Origin: an uncultured Spirochaetota bacterium
GTDB taxonomy: Bacteria > Spirochaetota > Spirochaetia > SZUA-6 > CAVTHK01
DNA: 64,000 nt
Assembly (NCBI GenBank): GCA_963734495.1
Contig: CAVTHK010000016.1
Coordinates: 64,001-128,000, forward strand
Direction: 5' to 3'
Positions 62,682 to 64,000 of the stretch are shown one piece after another (within the stretch, counting starts at the first letter, position 1; each line of letters opens with the position of its first letter). The translations under genes were made by a program, and so were the position numbers. The notes below the pieces were generated by a model. The model did no database searches, was not told the origin of the DNA, and saw only the letters and a program-made list of their open reading frames with translations.

Positions 62682-63698
62682 TCAGTTCGCCGCTGCGACA
62701 GGAATCGCGTCGAGCTTCTGGATGATGTTCGGCGGCCAGTCCCTGGAGATCGGGTCGTGCAGGTACGCGTCGAGGACGTGCTGGCGGAAAGCCTGCACGT
62801 CCGGGGTGTAGACGTCGACGCCTTGGCTCCTGAAGAACTCGATCAAGCTCTTCTCTTCCGCGAGCCTGTTCGTGTCGTTGTAGCTGATAGCAGCAGCCGC
62901 GCCGTCCCGGAGCACTTTCTGCTGGTCAGCGGTCAGCGCGTTCCACGTCTGGTCGTTGATCATCAGGAGCAGCCCGTCGACGAGGTGTCCGGTGAGGCAG
63001 ATCTGCTTGGTGACCTCGTAGAACTTCGCCGCCTTGTCTGTGGGAAGGGGATTGTCCTGTCCGTCAACCGTCCCTGTCTGGAGGGCCAGGTATAGCTCGC
63101 TGAATGCCAGTGGCGTGGGGTTGGCACCCAGTGCCTTGCCCAGGAAGATCCAGGCCGGCGAGTCCGGCATCCTGAGCTTCACGCCCTTGAGGTCGTCGGG
63201 CGTGTTGATGCGCCGCGCGAAGCGGAGGTCGAGCTCGCGCGTTCCGAGGTACAGCTCGCCGAGCGTGTGAAACTGGAACTTCTGGTCGATGGTCGAGGCC
63301 CACTGCTTGCCCAGATCGCTGTTCCAGATGGCGGAAAGCTGCGACGGGCTCTTCACGACGTAACCGGCGGTGAGTGGCAGAAGCTCGTTCATGCCGGCCT
63401 GCACCAGGTCCTGCGCGGACTTGTAGCACATCTGGATGTTGTTCCGCTGCATCGCAGCGAACTCGGCGTTGGCCGGAATCAGCGAGCTGTTCGAGTAGAT
63501 CTGGATGTCGAACTGACCGGGCGCGTTCTTGTCTACGTAATTCTTGAAGACGTCGAGAGCCTTGGTGTGCCAGTCCGCCGGCACGGACGTGGTCGAGATC
63601 CTGATCGTGATGGGAGCCGCCGCCAGGAGCGACGGCGTGCCGAATGCCAGCGCGACGAGAACACACCTGATCAACCCTTTGCGAATCGCCGATCTCAT
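62682..63698 (-). CDS. dctP: TRAP transporter substrate-binding protein DctP
   Basis: Signal peptide, DLKGVKLRMP, LGANPTP, ELYLALQTGTVDGQDNP and FYEV motifs. Confidence 0.95.
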   Translation of the reverse strand: MRSAIRKGLIRCVLVALAFGTPSLLAAAPITIRISTTSVPADWHTKALDVFKNYVDKNAPGQFDIQIYSNSSLIPANAEFAAMQRNNIQMCYKSAQDLVQAGMNELLPLTAGYVVKSPSQLSAIWNSDLGKQWASTIDQKFQFHTLGELYLGTRELDLRFARRINTPDDLKGVKLRMPDSPAWIFLGKALGANPTPLAFSELYLALQTGTVDGQDNPLPTDKAAKFYEVTKQICLTGHLVDGLLLMINDQTWNALTADQQKVLRDGAAAAISYNDTNRLAEEKSLIEFFRSQGVDVYTPDVQAFRQHVLDAYLHDPISRDWPPNIIQKLDAIPVAAAN

Positions 63699-64000
63699 GG
63701 TCCCCCCTCGCGTTCCGCAGAACGCTCTCAAATTTGGGCATGTTGTGCTGGTTTTTGCGGGCAGGACTTGCCCCACGAAGTGAATGTACAAACGGGACGC
63801 CCGCAGGACAAACGGCGTCGGGGGGAGGAGGGGAGAGGCGCGGGCAGACGCGTTCGAGCGGCAATGCCAGGGACCGCCGTCGGTTTACTTGAGCGGAGAG
63901 ATCAGGGTATTGATCCCTAACGAAGAGAAGAGCGCGGCCGAGGGTTCGTGGCCGCCGGCGAGGAGCGGCGCCGCCCGGCCAGAATCCGCGCGCGCGGCCC

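Overview
High-GC bacterial DNA, most likely from a free-living spirochaete (Spirochaetia). Support for this comes from a SpiroCoCo-like coiled-coil gene, a short AlaRS, a bS22 ribosomal protein and the gene order murC-yicC-cmk-rpoZ-miaA-bS22. Positions 1-36.4 kb are mostly core genes: grpE-dnaK-dnaJ, a radical-SAM maturase, the murC cluster, aroG, hisD, alaS, hisB, an AAA ATPase, rnhA, htrA, uvrB, cysE, zwf-opcA, rubredoxin, def-fmt-PASTA and tRNA-Gly(CCC). After the tRNA the window is accessory. It holds a PIN/Phd toxin-antitoxin pair, an anmK-oppABCDF-GNAT cell-wall recycling operon, and an FN3 lipoprotein under a sigma54 promoter plus a c-di-GMP-I riboswitch. It also has an MFS transporter, a beta-barrel protein, an MNT-HEPN pair between 122-bp direct repeats inside a broken putative defence operon, an aldo-keto reductase, a decayed lyase/ABC operon, an FAD oxidoreductase and a TRAP transporter. 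Non-coding highlights are a family of intergenic hairpins with a conserved CG-RGTA-CG core, arrayed six times against the alaS -35 box, and a miaA frame with no canonical start that overlaps rpoZ. Single-base frameshifts in otherwise intact genes such as dnaK suggest assembly indel errors, so frameshift-based claims are provisional. All family assignments come from motif recognition, not database searches.
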